64,000 nt of DNA from Octopus sinensis. Its lineage: Eukaryota. A program made the position numbers and the translations under genes. Positions 37,304 to 49,464 of this stretch are shown here, in pieces (position 1 is the first letter of the stretch; the number at the start of each line of letters is the position of its first letter). The stretch is taken from positions 9,300,001 to 9,364,000 of the forward strand of contig NC_043000.1 in NCBI RefSeq assembly GCF_006345805.1, read 5' to 3'. The notes beneath the pieces were generated by a model that searched no databases, had not been told where the DNA came from, and saw only the letters and a program-made list of their open reading frames with translations.

Positions 37304-37989
37304 AGGTTTATTATCAATGGTGTTCGAAGCTCAAGTTGTATAAGAAAAACAAAATAGCGAGTTGTTCTTCGTAGAATATTCCAGTGCAGTGCACACAATT
37401 TTTAGCCATTAAAAACCTTGCATTGCGAGATCATAAAAAGAAAATAGATCAATTGTCAAGAAAAGAAAAGTGATCTTAGAAAATTAAGGAGGTTGTTGAA
37501 TCTATGAGCAAATTTTCACTAACATAGAAAAGGATTCCCGAAGAATATCATATTTATCTCCTTTAGTGCAGCATAATTGTGTTTAACTGATAGCAGTTCC
37601 TATTTACCAGAAATTGCTTCATAGAATTTATAAGGCCAGATAATTTGACCTTATATTTGATTCTGCCCGAGTCCAAGCACTTAAAGATCAAATGACACGA
37701 TGCAGTCTATTACGTTATTATGGGTTTCCTTTTAAAAAGCAATTCTAATAATAGAGTATTTTCTATGCATCTTTTTTCCTTAAAATTCCTTAATTTCAAA
37801 TTTCTAATCCTGTTTGGAATTATAACGAAATAATTATCTCCTTTGTAATATCTGTGACCGTTTGAGGGATTACATGTGTTTGAACATCTTGAATTTTATC
37901 CAATAAGAAAGAAAGGATACTGGAACAAACTTATAAAAGAGGAAATACCATTAAAAAGACTATCAACTTCAATAATATGACATTGCACT

Positions 37990-38260
37990 TGTTATGGCTG
38001 ATTGTAAAAGAATATAAAACCAATGATGAAGTACTAAGAATGACGTAAAAAAAATAAGAACAAAATTATTATTCGACACCATCAAAGGGAGATATTTAAT
38101 TAGAAAAGATAGATTATAGAGGCTGCAAATGGAAGCCGAATTGAGCGGGATAAGAGGAATGGGTGGGGAGCAAAGAATTACGGGAATGGGTAACATCAAG
38201 AATTAGGCAGACTAAAATACAGTGGATGTACAAGAACAGCTCGGCAAAGACCTGGGTAAA
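37990..38260 (+). mobile_element. very old RTE-like LINE 3' relic
   Basis: KTNDEVLRM..LLFDTIK..RLQMEAELSGIRG..GNIKN resembles the RTE C-terminus. Confidence 0.4.
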
Positions 38261-38417
38261 AGAGGTAGGAGAATACGCAGTATTGTGTGGATGAGTAATA
38301 TTATGATTTGGATAGACTTATAGATACCGTGAATGTATAAAATGTTAATATCAATACTTTCATAGAAGAAAGATCCGATGAATATACACATACGTACATA
38401 CACACACACACACACAC

Positions 38418-38457
<40 letters not shown>

Positions 38458-38477
38458 TACACACACACACATATATA

Positions 38478-39738
38478 TTGGGTCATCTCATAAATACTGC
38501 GGGTTTTCTATACTTTTTTTATTTTTCAAAATTGAAATAAACAAAGTTCATTTTTAATCTAAAATATACTCTCCTTCATCTTCTACAATGTTCTTCCATC
38601 TATTTGGTAGACTTGCAAGGCCCCTCTTCCAAAATTCACTTGTCCGTGACGAAAAATACTCCTCCAGTACTCCTCGTCTACACAACTGATGTTTTTCCCG
38701 TCCAAATGATTTTGAAGCCTGTGGAATAAATGATAATCAGATGGGGCAATGTCCGGCGAATATAATGGGTGGGACATCGTTTCCCTTTCAAACTACTCCA
38801 GCCTTTGGAATGACATCCTCGCTGTATGTGGCCAAGTGTTCTCCTGATTGAAGAACACCTTTCGTCTCGAAACCAAAGGAAGTCGTTTTTCTTCTAGCGC
38901 TGACTTAACCCGCTCAAGCTGCTCGCAGTAGATCTCCTTTGTTATCGTTTGATTCAGGTTTAAAGGTTCAAAGTGGACTAAATCTTTCATATTCCACCAA
39001 GCAGATAACAACACCTGACGTGGGTGAAGACTTTCTTTATCCGGTATTTCTTTCCCTACTCACTGTCTTCGGCGCTTGACATTTTTATAGAGAACTCATT
39101 TCTCGTCACCAGTCACTATTCGGTCCAAAAAAGGTTTATTTGTAAGACGTGACGGCAAAGAAGAGCACACATTCACTCGCTGCACGCAATTAGAATGGGA
39201 AAGTTTGTGTGTAACCCATTGACGCAATTTGCTGACTTCTCCGATGGAACTCAGGTGTCGATAAATGGCTGAATAACCAAATCCAAGTTTCTCTTTTAGT
39301 TCCTTAGCAGTTACAATAGGATTTAGTTCGACCAGTGCCTACAGATCGTCGAGCCCTACAGATCTTCCAGGACGAGGCTCGTCTTCTAGGCTGTAGTTTC
39401 CGTCACGGAATTTCTGGAACAACCGATGACACTGGTTTACGCTAATTGTCCGATTTCCATATACTGCATTAATATTCATGGCATTTTTCGTTGGGTTTTT
39501 GCCTTTATTGAACTCATAAAGGAAAATATGACGAATATGCTCCTTTGTCATTTCCATTGTAGCTTTGGAGAAATAACTGTTAAATCCGAACTGCACTCTT
39601 CAAGACTTGTACAAAGATTAAGTACAAGATAAATTTACTACATGCTTTTATGGCAAGTTGAAGTAGGTAGTATATCCCTTCCCACCCTAATTTTTAGTTC
39701 ATGCAATTGAAAAAAACCGCATTATCTATCGGATGACG

Positions 39739-39741
<3 letters not shown>
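38478..39741 (-). mobile_element. mariner transposon (second family) with decayed transposase
   Basis: TIR ttgggtcatc..ataaata.tgcgg / ccgcattatctatcggatgac. Motifs MEMTKEHIRHIFLYEF, EDEPRPGR, VTGDEK, LSAWW, HPLYSPDIAPSDYHLF. Confidence 0.92.
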
Positions 39742-39776
<35 letters not shown>

Positions 39777-40092
39777 TTATATATATATATACATTTATAT
39801 ATATATTTATACATATATATACATTTATATATATATTTATACATATATATATACATACATATACATTTATATATATACTTATATATATATATATACATAT
39901 ATATATTTATATTTATATATATACATATATATATACATATCCATACACACAGACACACATATATATATACATATCCATACGTATATATACATATACATAC
40001 ATATATATACATATACATGCATATATATACATACATACATACATATATATATATATACATACATACATATATATATATAAATATACATATAT
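39740..40092. repeat. (TA)n/(TACA)n microsatellite
   Basis: Direct inspection. Confidence 0.9.
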
Positions 40093-41975
40093 AAGAAACA
40101 GCTACGGTGCACTGTAGGATAGGGCCACTCCTTGAAAAGGATGGCACACTCACAGGAAAACCAATGAGGGTAAGTGAAATACTGAATGAACAATTCAAGA
40201 GTGTTCTCACTCCACCCCTTGGGCATTTCCAAATCAGCAATCCAACTGACTTCTTTACCACTGCAGATATAGAATCAGAGGCGGCGACGATAAATTACAT
40301 CGATATAAAGGAAGACGATGTAATAAAGGCTATAGATGAAATGAAAACAGACTCAGCTATTGGCCCCGATGGATTCCCGGCAATCCTCCTAAAAGTATGT
40401 AAGAGAGTCCTAGCAAGACCACTGCAGTTCCTCTTTCAGAGCTTCCTTGCAGCTGGCAAACTTCCAAGAAAACTGAAGGAAGGTAAAATATGCCTTATTC
40501 ATAAAGGAGGTAGCAGAGCGGAGGCCCAAGAACTACAGACCTATCTCTCTGACCTCACACATCAGCAAGGTCATGGAACGAATGGTCAGAAGGAAACTAA
40601 TCACCTTCCTTGAAGAAAATGACTTGCTGCCTGACACCCAACATGGTTTCCGACCAGGAAGAAGCTGCTTAACTCAGCTCCTGCAGCACTATGACTGGGT
40701 GCTGAAACAACTGCTCAACCACTCAAATGTGGAAGTCATATATCTCGACTTCGCAAAGGCCTTCGATAAAGTCGATCATGGAATGATATGTCACAAGCTG
40801 CGTGATCTTGGCATAGTTGGAAAACTAGGAGAATGGCTTCATGACTTTCTGAAGAATAGAAGTCAGTGAGCGGTGTTCCGCAGGGCACTGTTTTGGGACC
40901 ACTACTGTTCTTAATGGCCCTCTCAGACATGCCCTCAGCCACGCAGAGAGCCACAATCACAAGTTATGCAGATGATACAAAAGTTTCACAGGCAATACAG
41001 AACCCTGAAGACACTAAGCACCTGCAATGTGAGCTGGACGAAATATACAAGTGGGCTGAAAAGAATAGCATGCAGTTCAATGCTGAAAAGTTTCAAGCTT
41101 TATACTATCAGCATGCAAAACTGAATGCAATACCCAATGAATACACTGGACCCGGAGGGATTGCAATCCCAGAGGCACAATCAGTGCGTGACCTGGGTAT
41201 TCACATGAGTGATGACGCGACCTTTCATGTACATGTTGCTAAACTGACAATGAAATGTAGACGGCTGGCTGGATGGATTCTTAGAACCTTTAGAAAAAGA
41301 GAACAAGAAGCCATGATGGTCCTCTGGAAGACACTTGTCCTAAGCCACTTTGACTATTGCTCTCAGCTATGGTCACCATCCAGTGTCAAGTTGATCACAG
41401 AACTTGAGGCGATCCAACGAAGCTACACGAAGGAGATAGCCTCTGTGCAGCATATGAGCTACTGGGAGAGACTCAAGAGATTAAAGCTCTATTCCCTGGA
41501 GCGTAGGCGAGAAAGATATGCCATAATATATATCTGGAAGATCCTGGAAGGTCTTGTCCCAGACTTTGGCATCGAGAGTCACACAAATGCCAGAATCGGA
41601 CGCCACTGCGTAGTACCAAGGACTCCAAATTTGCCATCAAGATGTAGGACAAGATATTGTGATAGCCTGGGCTTCAGAGGCCGACGGCTCTTCAATATCC
41701 TCCCGAAGAACCTGAGGGACCTGCATGGTGTAGATGCGGATGTCTTTAAAGTAGGACTGGATCTCTTCCTGTCAGGTGTCCCGGATGAACCAACTTCACG
41801 GCAGGAGGTGCAGATGAGGGCAGCTGCATCGAACTCTCTCATGCATCAGATGGCGTTTGCTAAAAAGCATCCGTGAGGTAAAACCGTGTAGCAAACCAAA
41901 TGGCGGTGCCCCAGCATGGCCACAGCTCATTAGCTGAAACTGGAAAAATCAAAATCAAAATCAAAATCAAAATCA
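40093..41975 (+). mobile_element. 5'-truncated CR1-clade LINE with frameshift and internal deletion
   Basis: GPDGF, QHGFRPGRSC, YLDFAKAFDKV, SGVPQGTVLGP, YADDTK, LERRRER. The 3' tail is (AAAATC)n. Confidence 0.93.
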
Positions 41976-42059
41976 TATATGTATATGTATGTATATATAT
42001 GTATATATATATATATATGTGTATATATATATGTATGAATATGTATGTATATATATATG

Positions 42060-42090
<31 letters not shown>

Positions 42091-42394
42091 GTATACATAT
42101 ATATGTGTATATATATGTATATGTGTATATATATATATGTGTGTGTGTGTGTATATAATAATAATATTAGAGAGAATAACTCCAAACTTTCAGGGAAAAA
42201 TTCAATTTAGTATTAAATCATATTTCACAATATATAAAATATAAATTAGATATAAAACCACTATTATGCAACTCAAACAGTAATAGACATAAACCAAAAC
42301 ATAAATAACAAATAATATATATTTTTATAAAACACATAACTCATAACTAGATCTCAAAATGTATAAAAATGAATGATCAATATATAAGTAAAAG

Positions 42395-42494
42395 AACTAC
42401 GTACGTTTCATGGCTACAATTAAATTTGAATTACAATTAAGTTTAAATTCAATTTATATAAATTCGATTTAAAATTATAGTCAATCTTCAGGTT
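42395..42494 (-). ncRNA. type I hammerhead ribozyme in an AT-rich repeat (about 42160-42900)
   Basis: Minus strand aac-CTGAAGA-ttgactataatt..aattgtagccat-GAAA-cgtacg-TA-gtt with palindromic stem III ACGTACGT. The flank 42165-42236 recurs inverted at about 63670-63755. Confidence 0.72.
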
Positions 42495-42904
42495 GATGAT
42501 AATAGTTAAATAGATAAGCAAATAGAGTTAAACAATGTTTATTTAAAAAATAAATAAAATAAAACTTTTTCTTGGAGAAAAAAAACTCCATTAATTAAAT
42601 TAGAAACTTAAAACATTAGGATTATTTCCTACAACACATTTATTATGTTAAATATTTAATTTTTAAGGTAAAAAAAATAGATAGAAATATGTATTTATCT
42701 TTGAAGATATAATTTGGCTTTAAAAAAAACATAATAAACTATCGAATATCTATAACTCAGTTATACTTCAATATTTAATTACCAAATTATTTAACAAAAT
42801 AATCACTATTAATATTTTTAGATTTAAGTTCATATCTAATAATTATAAAATAATTAATACATAAAAATAAGTATCTAAATATACTATATATATGTAGTAA
42901 TGTC

Positions 42905-43258
42905 TATATGCCAAGAGAACGTGGCAGTCCTTTATAGGATGATGTTTTCCTGTTACTGCTGTTACAGCCCCAGGAAAACTTTTCCAGCGACTGTGTATCG
43001 CTCAGAAAATATATAGTATTTGCACGTGGAGGGAGCTTTCGTCGGTAGCTTTTGGTTAACTCACACTGAGGACAGATAACATTCAGAAACCTCGGTCTAT
43101 GAGTATCACGTAAGGCTAGAGATGGGAACGATGACCTCCTTTACAAATGCTATAAGGACACAGACTGTGTCGAAAGCCAGCTGGAAAAGATATTTTCCTG
43201 GGGCCATAACAAGGGTAACATCGTCCTATATAGGACTTCCTCGTTCTGCGGGCATATA
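42905..43258 (+). mobile_element. self-complementary (rod-like) non-coding element of about 354 nt with a central HHR
   Basis: 42905-42988 pairs with 43180-43258 and 43013-43058 pairs with 43114-43154; HHR at 43059-43104. Confidence 0.75.
43059..43104 (+). ncRNA. minimal type I hammerhead ribozyme
   Basis: actcaca-CTGAGGA-cagataacattca-GAAA-cctcgg-TC-tatgagt. Stem I pairs 6 of 7, stem II is weak, and GUC cleavage falls after 43097. Confidence 0.75.
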
Positions 43259-43344
43259 AACATTGATATCCGCTACTGTTACTGTAGATCTGTTGCTCAG
43301 AGATTTAAAACAAGTGGTTTGTATATATATTATATATATTTATT

Positions 43345-43380
<36 letters not shown>

Positions 43381-43423
43381 GATATATATATATACAAACA
43401 CACACACACACACATACATATAG

Positions 43424-43628
43424 CGCCCCGGGCGAAATGCTTAGCGGTATTTCGTCTGACATTACGTTCTGAGTTCAAATTCCGCCGAGGTAGACTTTGC
43501 CTTTCATCCTTTCGGGGTCGATAAATGAAGTACCAGTTTCGCACTGGGGTCGATGTAATCGACTTAATCCATTTGTCTGTCCTTGTTTGTCCCCTATATA
43601 TTTAGCCTCTTGTGGGTAGTAAAGAAAT
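43424..43628 (+). mobile_element. SINE family B with Tx1-like tail
   Basis: Matches 37071-37303. Confidence 0.85.
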
Positions 43629-43699
43629 ATATATATATATATATATAAAGACAGCACTAGAAAGATCTAGGGAAAAAAATGGTATTTACCTTACTCAGA

Positions 43700-43897
43700 A
43701 ACGTGGGCTGGGGAAGTTTAGGCTATTATGCCAGCTCAGAAACCGGTCCAGGTGAGTCCAAATACTTGAATGTATGCTGAAATATTGTCTTAGCCCGTTC
43801 GCCTTTGGACGGTTGATTTCTGTAGTTGTTATCAGTGTATTTTGGTGATTTAACCAAAAAAATAGTTTTGATGGTTATTTCCCGCAGATAGACATAG
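43700..43897 (+). mobile_element. partial copy of the 482-nt HHR element, with mutated HHR 43701-43754
   Basis: Matches 45421-45612; the core reads CTGGGGA..GAAA-ccgg-TC. Confidence 0.75.
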
Positions 43898-43900
43898 CTG

Positions 43901-43903
43901 ATA

Positions 43904-43957
<54 letters not shown>

Positions 43958-44005
43958 GTGGTGATGATGATAATGATGATGATGATGGTGATGATGATGA
44001 TGATA

Positions 44006-44052
<47 letters not shown>

Positions 44053-44067
44053 GATGATGATGATGGT
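43901..44067. repeat. (GAT)n microsatellite
   Basis: Direct inspection. Confidence 0.95.
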
Positions 44068-44209
44068 AAAAGTGATGCTCAAAAGAAGATTAATAAAAAA
44101 AAAGCTTGCTAAGATATTTTTGTAAACTCTGATAGTCGCTCTGTTACTGTTGCTAATTATACTGTGTTAATCTTTCACGGAGCATTTTCTTTTATCATTA
44201 TCTTTATCT

Positions 44210-44655
44210 TTCACTTGTTTCAGTTATTGGACTGCCGCCCAAGCTGGGGCACTGCCTCGAAGGGTTTTAGTCGAACATATCGATCTCAATACTTGCGTTG
44301 TTATTTTTTTAAGTTTAGCACTTATTCTATTGGTACCTTTTGCCAAACCGCTAGATTACGGAGACGGTAAACAAACCAACACAGGTTATCAAGTTGTTGG
44401 CGTGTGGGGTGAGGTGACAAGCACACACATGGACGTATGTTCCAGCATGGCCGCAACCTTAGGTCTGAAACGTGTAAAAGAGTAGAATAATAATAACAGG
44501 CGTAGCTGTGTAGTAAGAAGCTTGCTTCCCAACCACATGGTTCTAAGATCAGTCCCACTGCGTGGCACCTTGGGCAAGTATTTTCTACTACAGCCTCGGG
44601 CCGACCAAAGCCTTGTCAGTGAATATGGTACACGGAAACTGAAAGAAGCCTGTCA
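44210..44655. mobile_element. SINE family A fragments in both orientations
   Basis: 3' half on the minus strand 44210-44420, tail on the plus strand about 44440-44485, head on the plus strand 44497-44655. Confidence 0.75.
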
Positions 44656-44700
44656 TATTTATATAATTTCAATAGGGATCAAATAATTCACTAAAAAATG

Positions 44701-45640
44701 TGTTATTATCTAGTGTAACAATATAAAAATGATAATAACAGAATCAATAATTTAGGCGATTGCAGGCCTCCCAAAAAGCATTAATATCTGAAGGATTAAA
44801 CTGTTGAAGGATTAAAATTAATCAAAAGACATACCAAGTATGTCTACCTGCTGTAAATAACAGTCAAAAATCTTATTTAAATCGCCAAAATACACTGATA
44901 ATAACTACAGAAATCAACCGACCGAAGGCAAACACGCTAAGACAACCTTTTAGCATACATTCAAGACTCAGGTGGACCGGTTTCTGAACTGGCATAATAG
45001 CCTAATCTTTCTCAGCACGCGTTACCATGATAGAGAGCTCCGTCGGACGGTTGATTTCTGTAGTTATTATCAGTATATTTTGGCGATTTAAATAAGAGCT
45101 TTCACTGTTATTTCCAGCAGGTAGACATACTTAGTATGTCCTTTGATAAATTTTAATCCTTCAGCTATTTAATGCCTTTTGGGGGCCTGCAATCGCCTAT
45201 ATTATTGATTCTGTTATTATTATTTTTAACTTGTTATACTAGATAATAACAGAGTGAATGGTATATTCGCAAATTAATTTTTCGGGAAGTATTTTTCTCG
45301 TGAAGTATTTGCTCCGTAATGAAATTATTTTCACACTGGTGGGTGCCATGATTTCTGCGCAAAATGAATCAGTTGCAGCGCAGACTTCAAAAAGACGGGT
45401 TGGGGCTCTCTATCATGGTCACGCGGGTTGAGGAAGGTTAGGCTATTATGCCAGCCCAGAAACCGGTCCACGTGAGTCCAAATACTTGAATGTGTGCTGA
45501 AAGATTGTCTTAGCCCGTTCGCCTTTGGACGGTTGATTTCTGTAGTTGTTATCAGTGTATTTTGGGGATTAAAAAAAGAGTTTTGACTGTTATTTCCCAC
45601 AAACAGACATACTTAGTATACCCTTTAATTAATTTTAATC
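44701..45640 (+). mobile_element. non-coding retrozyme-like element (inverted copy + 1.2 tandem copies of a 482-nt monomer)
   Basis: 44701-45040 is an inverted copy. ggacggttgatttctgtag recurs at 45045 and 45527. HHR motifs at 44971-45021 (-) and 45420-45475 (+). Confidence 0.78.
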
Positions 45641-46511
45641 ACACACGCGCACACACAAACATATATATACATATATATCTTTATACATACGTGTGGAATT
45701 TGACTGGTGACCGTCACTGCTGCCATGTGCGGTTGTTTTTAGTTTAAGAGGCAGAGAGAAATAGGGTTTGCTAAGAAATACAATGTATGTATATAATGCG
45801 GGTTTCTATGCAGTTTTCATGTCAGATTCACTCAAAAGACCCGGAGCTAAAGTAGAAGACACTTATCCTAGGTACCGTGCTGTGGGACTGAACCTGAAAC
45901 CAAGTGGTTGCAAAGTTGGTTTCTTAGCCGCCCAGCCATTTTGATCATTGTTTGTTTCTTGCTCTAATCTCGGTAGACAAAAGCTTGAAGATACTAATCA
46001 TATCAAAAGTTGTCAAATCTGGAATTTGGTGGGTTCCAGACCAAAGATTGTGGACATTTGGGGGTTATTTTTCATGAGGTGAAGAATCGTGAGTCAGGGT
46101 CTTGATTAAAGCTGAACCGAAATTAAGTGGTGAATGGGATGTTTCAGTACAAAGATGAAACCAGTTCTTTCTAAAAAGCTCAAAAATGTAAAGTTAATTT
46201 AGAAAAAAATTATTTGAATAATGAACGAAACTAATTTTGTCTTTTACTTGTTTCAGTCATCGAGTTGCGGCTACTGAGGCGCCGCTTTGAAGGGTTAAGC
46301 CGAACAAATCGATCTCTGCACTTGACTTATTTCCTCAGCCACTTTTACGGAACCGCTAGGTTGTGGGGACGCGAACAAACTAATACCGGTTGTCAAGCGG
46401 TGGAGGGGACAAACACAAAAACGCGCGCCCAAGCACACACACACACATACACACACGTGTATATAAATATAAACAATCATTTGCCTTTTTTTTCATTAGC
46501 GTCGAATTGTA

Positions 46512-46773
46512 TTGTACGATATAAATAAGATGATAATTTTTTTCCGAGCGCAGAAACGCCTTTAGAACAGCAGAAATATTGGGTAAATTACCCTTACAAA
46601 GCGGGAAAATTTGTCAACAAACATTCATGGGACTCAAACCCACATCCTTCAAAGACTCCGGGTGCTTGTTGACAAATGTTTCCGCTTTGTAAGAGTAACT
46701 TACCCAATATTTCTGTTGTTCTAACGGCGTCTCTATATTCGGAAACATTTATAATCTTATTTGTATCATACAA
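46512..46773. repeat. hairpin/MITE-like element with arms of about 110 bp
   Basis: agaaacgcctttagaacagcagaaatattgggtaa..tttgtcaacaa pairs with ttgttgacaaa..ttacccaatatttctgttgttctaacggcgtctct. Confidence 0.8.
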
Positions 46774-47521
46774 GTTTCCATCTTCCAAGTCTACTCACAA
46801 GGCGTTGGTTGGCCCGGGGCAATAGTATAAAACACTAACCCAAGGTACTGCGTAGTGAGATTGAACCAAAAACGATATGGTTGGGAAGCCAGCTTTTTAA
46901 CTACATAGACACGCCGGCGTCGATTACTGGTGGTGTGTAAAATGTAATAGAGGAAAACTCTTCCATCTTCGTGTTTTAAACTCAAAATTAAGATTTCCTT
47001 TTTTTTTTTTGTTTTACATGTGAGGCGATCACTGTTTGACACAAATGAAAGTAACACAATTCATACGGTAAATGCATTAAAGAAAAGTTTTATAACCCAA
47101 CTATTGATCATTTCGAACTTTATGAAGAAAATCTCGGATTGTATAATACTTCTGACGAATCGCCTAAACATTCAGCTTCCTAAAATCGGAGAACTCCTTG
47201 AGTTTCTACCTCAGTATGACGATTTTATTTTCTCAAAATTTCAAATTGGTTGTATAGATATTTACGTAATAATACTACTGCAGATTCAGTTAACAGTTGT
47301 GAGTAATCTTTCGGCTGTTGAAAGTAATCTTATTATATTTGAGAGATTTAATGAATCTAGAAAGACTATTGGCTTTTGTCTCACTCATCATTGAACGTAA
47401 ACAAATGAAAATCAAATTTTGATTATACAGATTGCAGCAGAAAAATCTACCATATTTTACACAGCCGTTGGTGTAGCGTTAGTGAAGTTAAGCAGGTGGT
47501 AATGGAGTCTTTTTTTTCTTT

Positions 47522-47806
47522 TGTCGCTCTTTTCAAGCCCAGCCAGGCTCATGGGCCCAGTTTCCCAGTTTCTGTGGCGTATGTGTCCCCCCCCCCCAGC
47601 TGGACGGGACGCCAGTCCATCGCAGCTTACTCAAGGAACAGGAAGAGGGAGTGAGAGAAAGTTAGGGCGAAAGAGTACAACAGGGGTCACCACCACCCCC
47701 TGCCGGAGCCTCGTGGAGCTTTTAGGTGTTTTCGCTCAATAAACACACACAACGCCCGGTCTGGGAATCGAAACCGCGATCCTCCGACTGCGCTATTGCG
47801 CCTCCA
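47522..47806 (-). mobile_element. SINE family C (tRNA head)
   Basis: Reverse complement of ggaggcgcaat..ggtttcgattcccagaccgggcg..gcgatggactggcgtcccgtccag; second copy at 50397-50699. Confidence 0.85.
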
Positions 47807-48629
47807 CAATGGAGTCTTTACATAGCTTTATTCTTTGTGTTTTACTTTTCATAGTTTGGACCTGTGCACATCACGTGAACGCCATTGAAACGTGGATCAA
47901 AAATGGCGAATTTGGCAGTTTATACTTTTCTTGCGCCTATAGTATACACACGTTCGAATTATTAAAATTAAGAAACATTTTAAAAGGCTCGAAATTACAC
48001 ATAAAAATAACCCATAACTGAGAGAACAAAGCGTTTCATTTAGAGCTCCATATAATTATAGTGAATTTATTTCAACAAATGTTTGCACAGTTTTGTATTG
48101 CTTTGCTTGTAAGTAAATTAATACTTGCTTCATTGTATTTTATGATAAAGTATATGTAACTACTTTCATTTGTTGGTGTGTCTCTTACATTCAGAGACCA
48201 TTAAAACTTTTATGACCATAAACCTATAATGGAAAATTGAGCCTCCGCATACTTCCTAGTACTCTACTACTATTTATTGCTTTTTTTATCTTGTTTTATT
48301 TTATTTTAATTTAATTTCTTTCATCTTCCTCGTTTACCTTTCCTGACCAATCTTACTAACGGCGTCACTCTATTATCTTAGAACTTCTTAAAGGCGGCGA
48401 GCAGGCAGACACGTTAAGGCGTCGGACAAAGAAGAAAAGCAACATTTAATCAGGCTTTTTCGTTCTGTGCTCAAATCTCTCAATTTTGTCATCTATCCTT
48501 TTGGAAGAGATAAAATAAATGACCCGTCATGTACTGGAGTCGATGTAATCGGCTAAACCTCTTCACCTAAAACAGCTGTTCATATACCAAAATTTGAAAC
48601 TATAATATATAGCTCCTTTTAATCTGTTA

Positions 48630-49260
48630 TCAAGCGTGGCTATATGGTAAGAAGTTTGCTTCCAACCACATGGCTCTGGGTGCAGTCCCTCTGCGTGACA
48701 TCTTGAGCAAGTGCCTGCTACTATAGACTCGGGCCGACCAAAGCCTTGTGGGTGGATTTGGTAAACGAAGACCGAAAGAAGCCCGTCATATATATATTCT
48801 TTTATTTGTTTCAGTCATTTGACTGCGGCCATGCTGGAGCACCGCCTTTGAACAAATCGACCCCTGGACTTATTCTTTATAAGCCTAGTACTTATTCTAT
48901 CGGTTCTTTTGCCGAACCGCTAAGTTACGGAGACGTAAACGCCTTAACATCAGATACTTACTTGCCCAAGATGCCACGCAGTGGGACTGAACCCGGAACC
49001 ATGTGGTTTGTAAGCAAGCTACTTACCACACAGCTATTCCTGCCCCTATCAATATATATATTAATGCCTTTGTGTCTGTGTTTGCCCCCACCACTGCTTG
49101 AAAACCGGTGTTCGTATGTTTACGTCCCAGTTCGGAAAACGAGAGATCGATAGAATGAGTATCAGGCTTAAAAAAAGTTTTAGGGTCTATGTGTTCGACT
49201 AAAGCCCTTCATCGCGGTGCTCCAGCATGATCACAGTAAAATGTCTGAAAGTACTAAAAG
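48630..49260. mobile_element. nested SINE family A copies (minus copy inside a plus copy)
   Basis: Plus head 48630-48790, minus internally deleted copy 48800-49035, plus 3' half 49070-49260. Confidence 0.75.
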
Positions 49261-49464
49261 ACAGATGATTAAATTTTTTCTTAAAAGTAAATTGGAGTTA
49301 TTCCGATTAACAAGTTTAAGTACCGTAATAGAAATTATTCAGGGCTATTAGAATACTGGCTTTAATGAAATCAATTATTGATTTTCCCCTAGGCACGTTG
49401 GATATTAGCTACATATCTAGTTTGCCGACATGATATTTCTTAAGAAAGGTATCAATTGTAATAT

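Noticed and set aside
43726-44125. Poly-Met and poly-Ile ORFs
   Set aside because: (GAT)n microsatellite.
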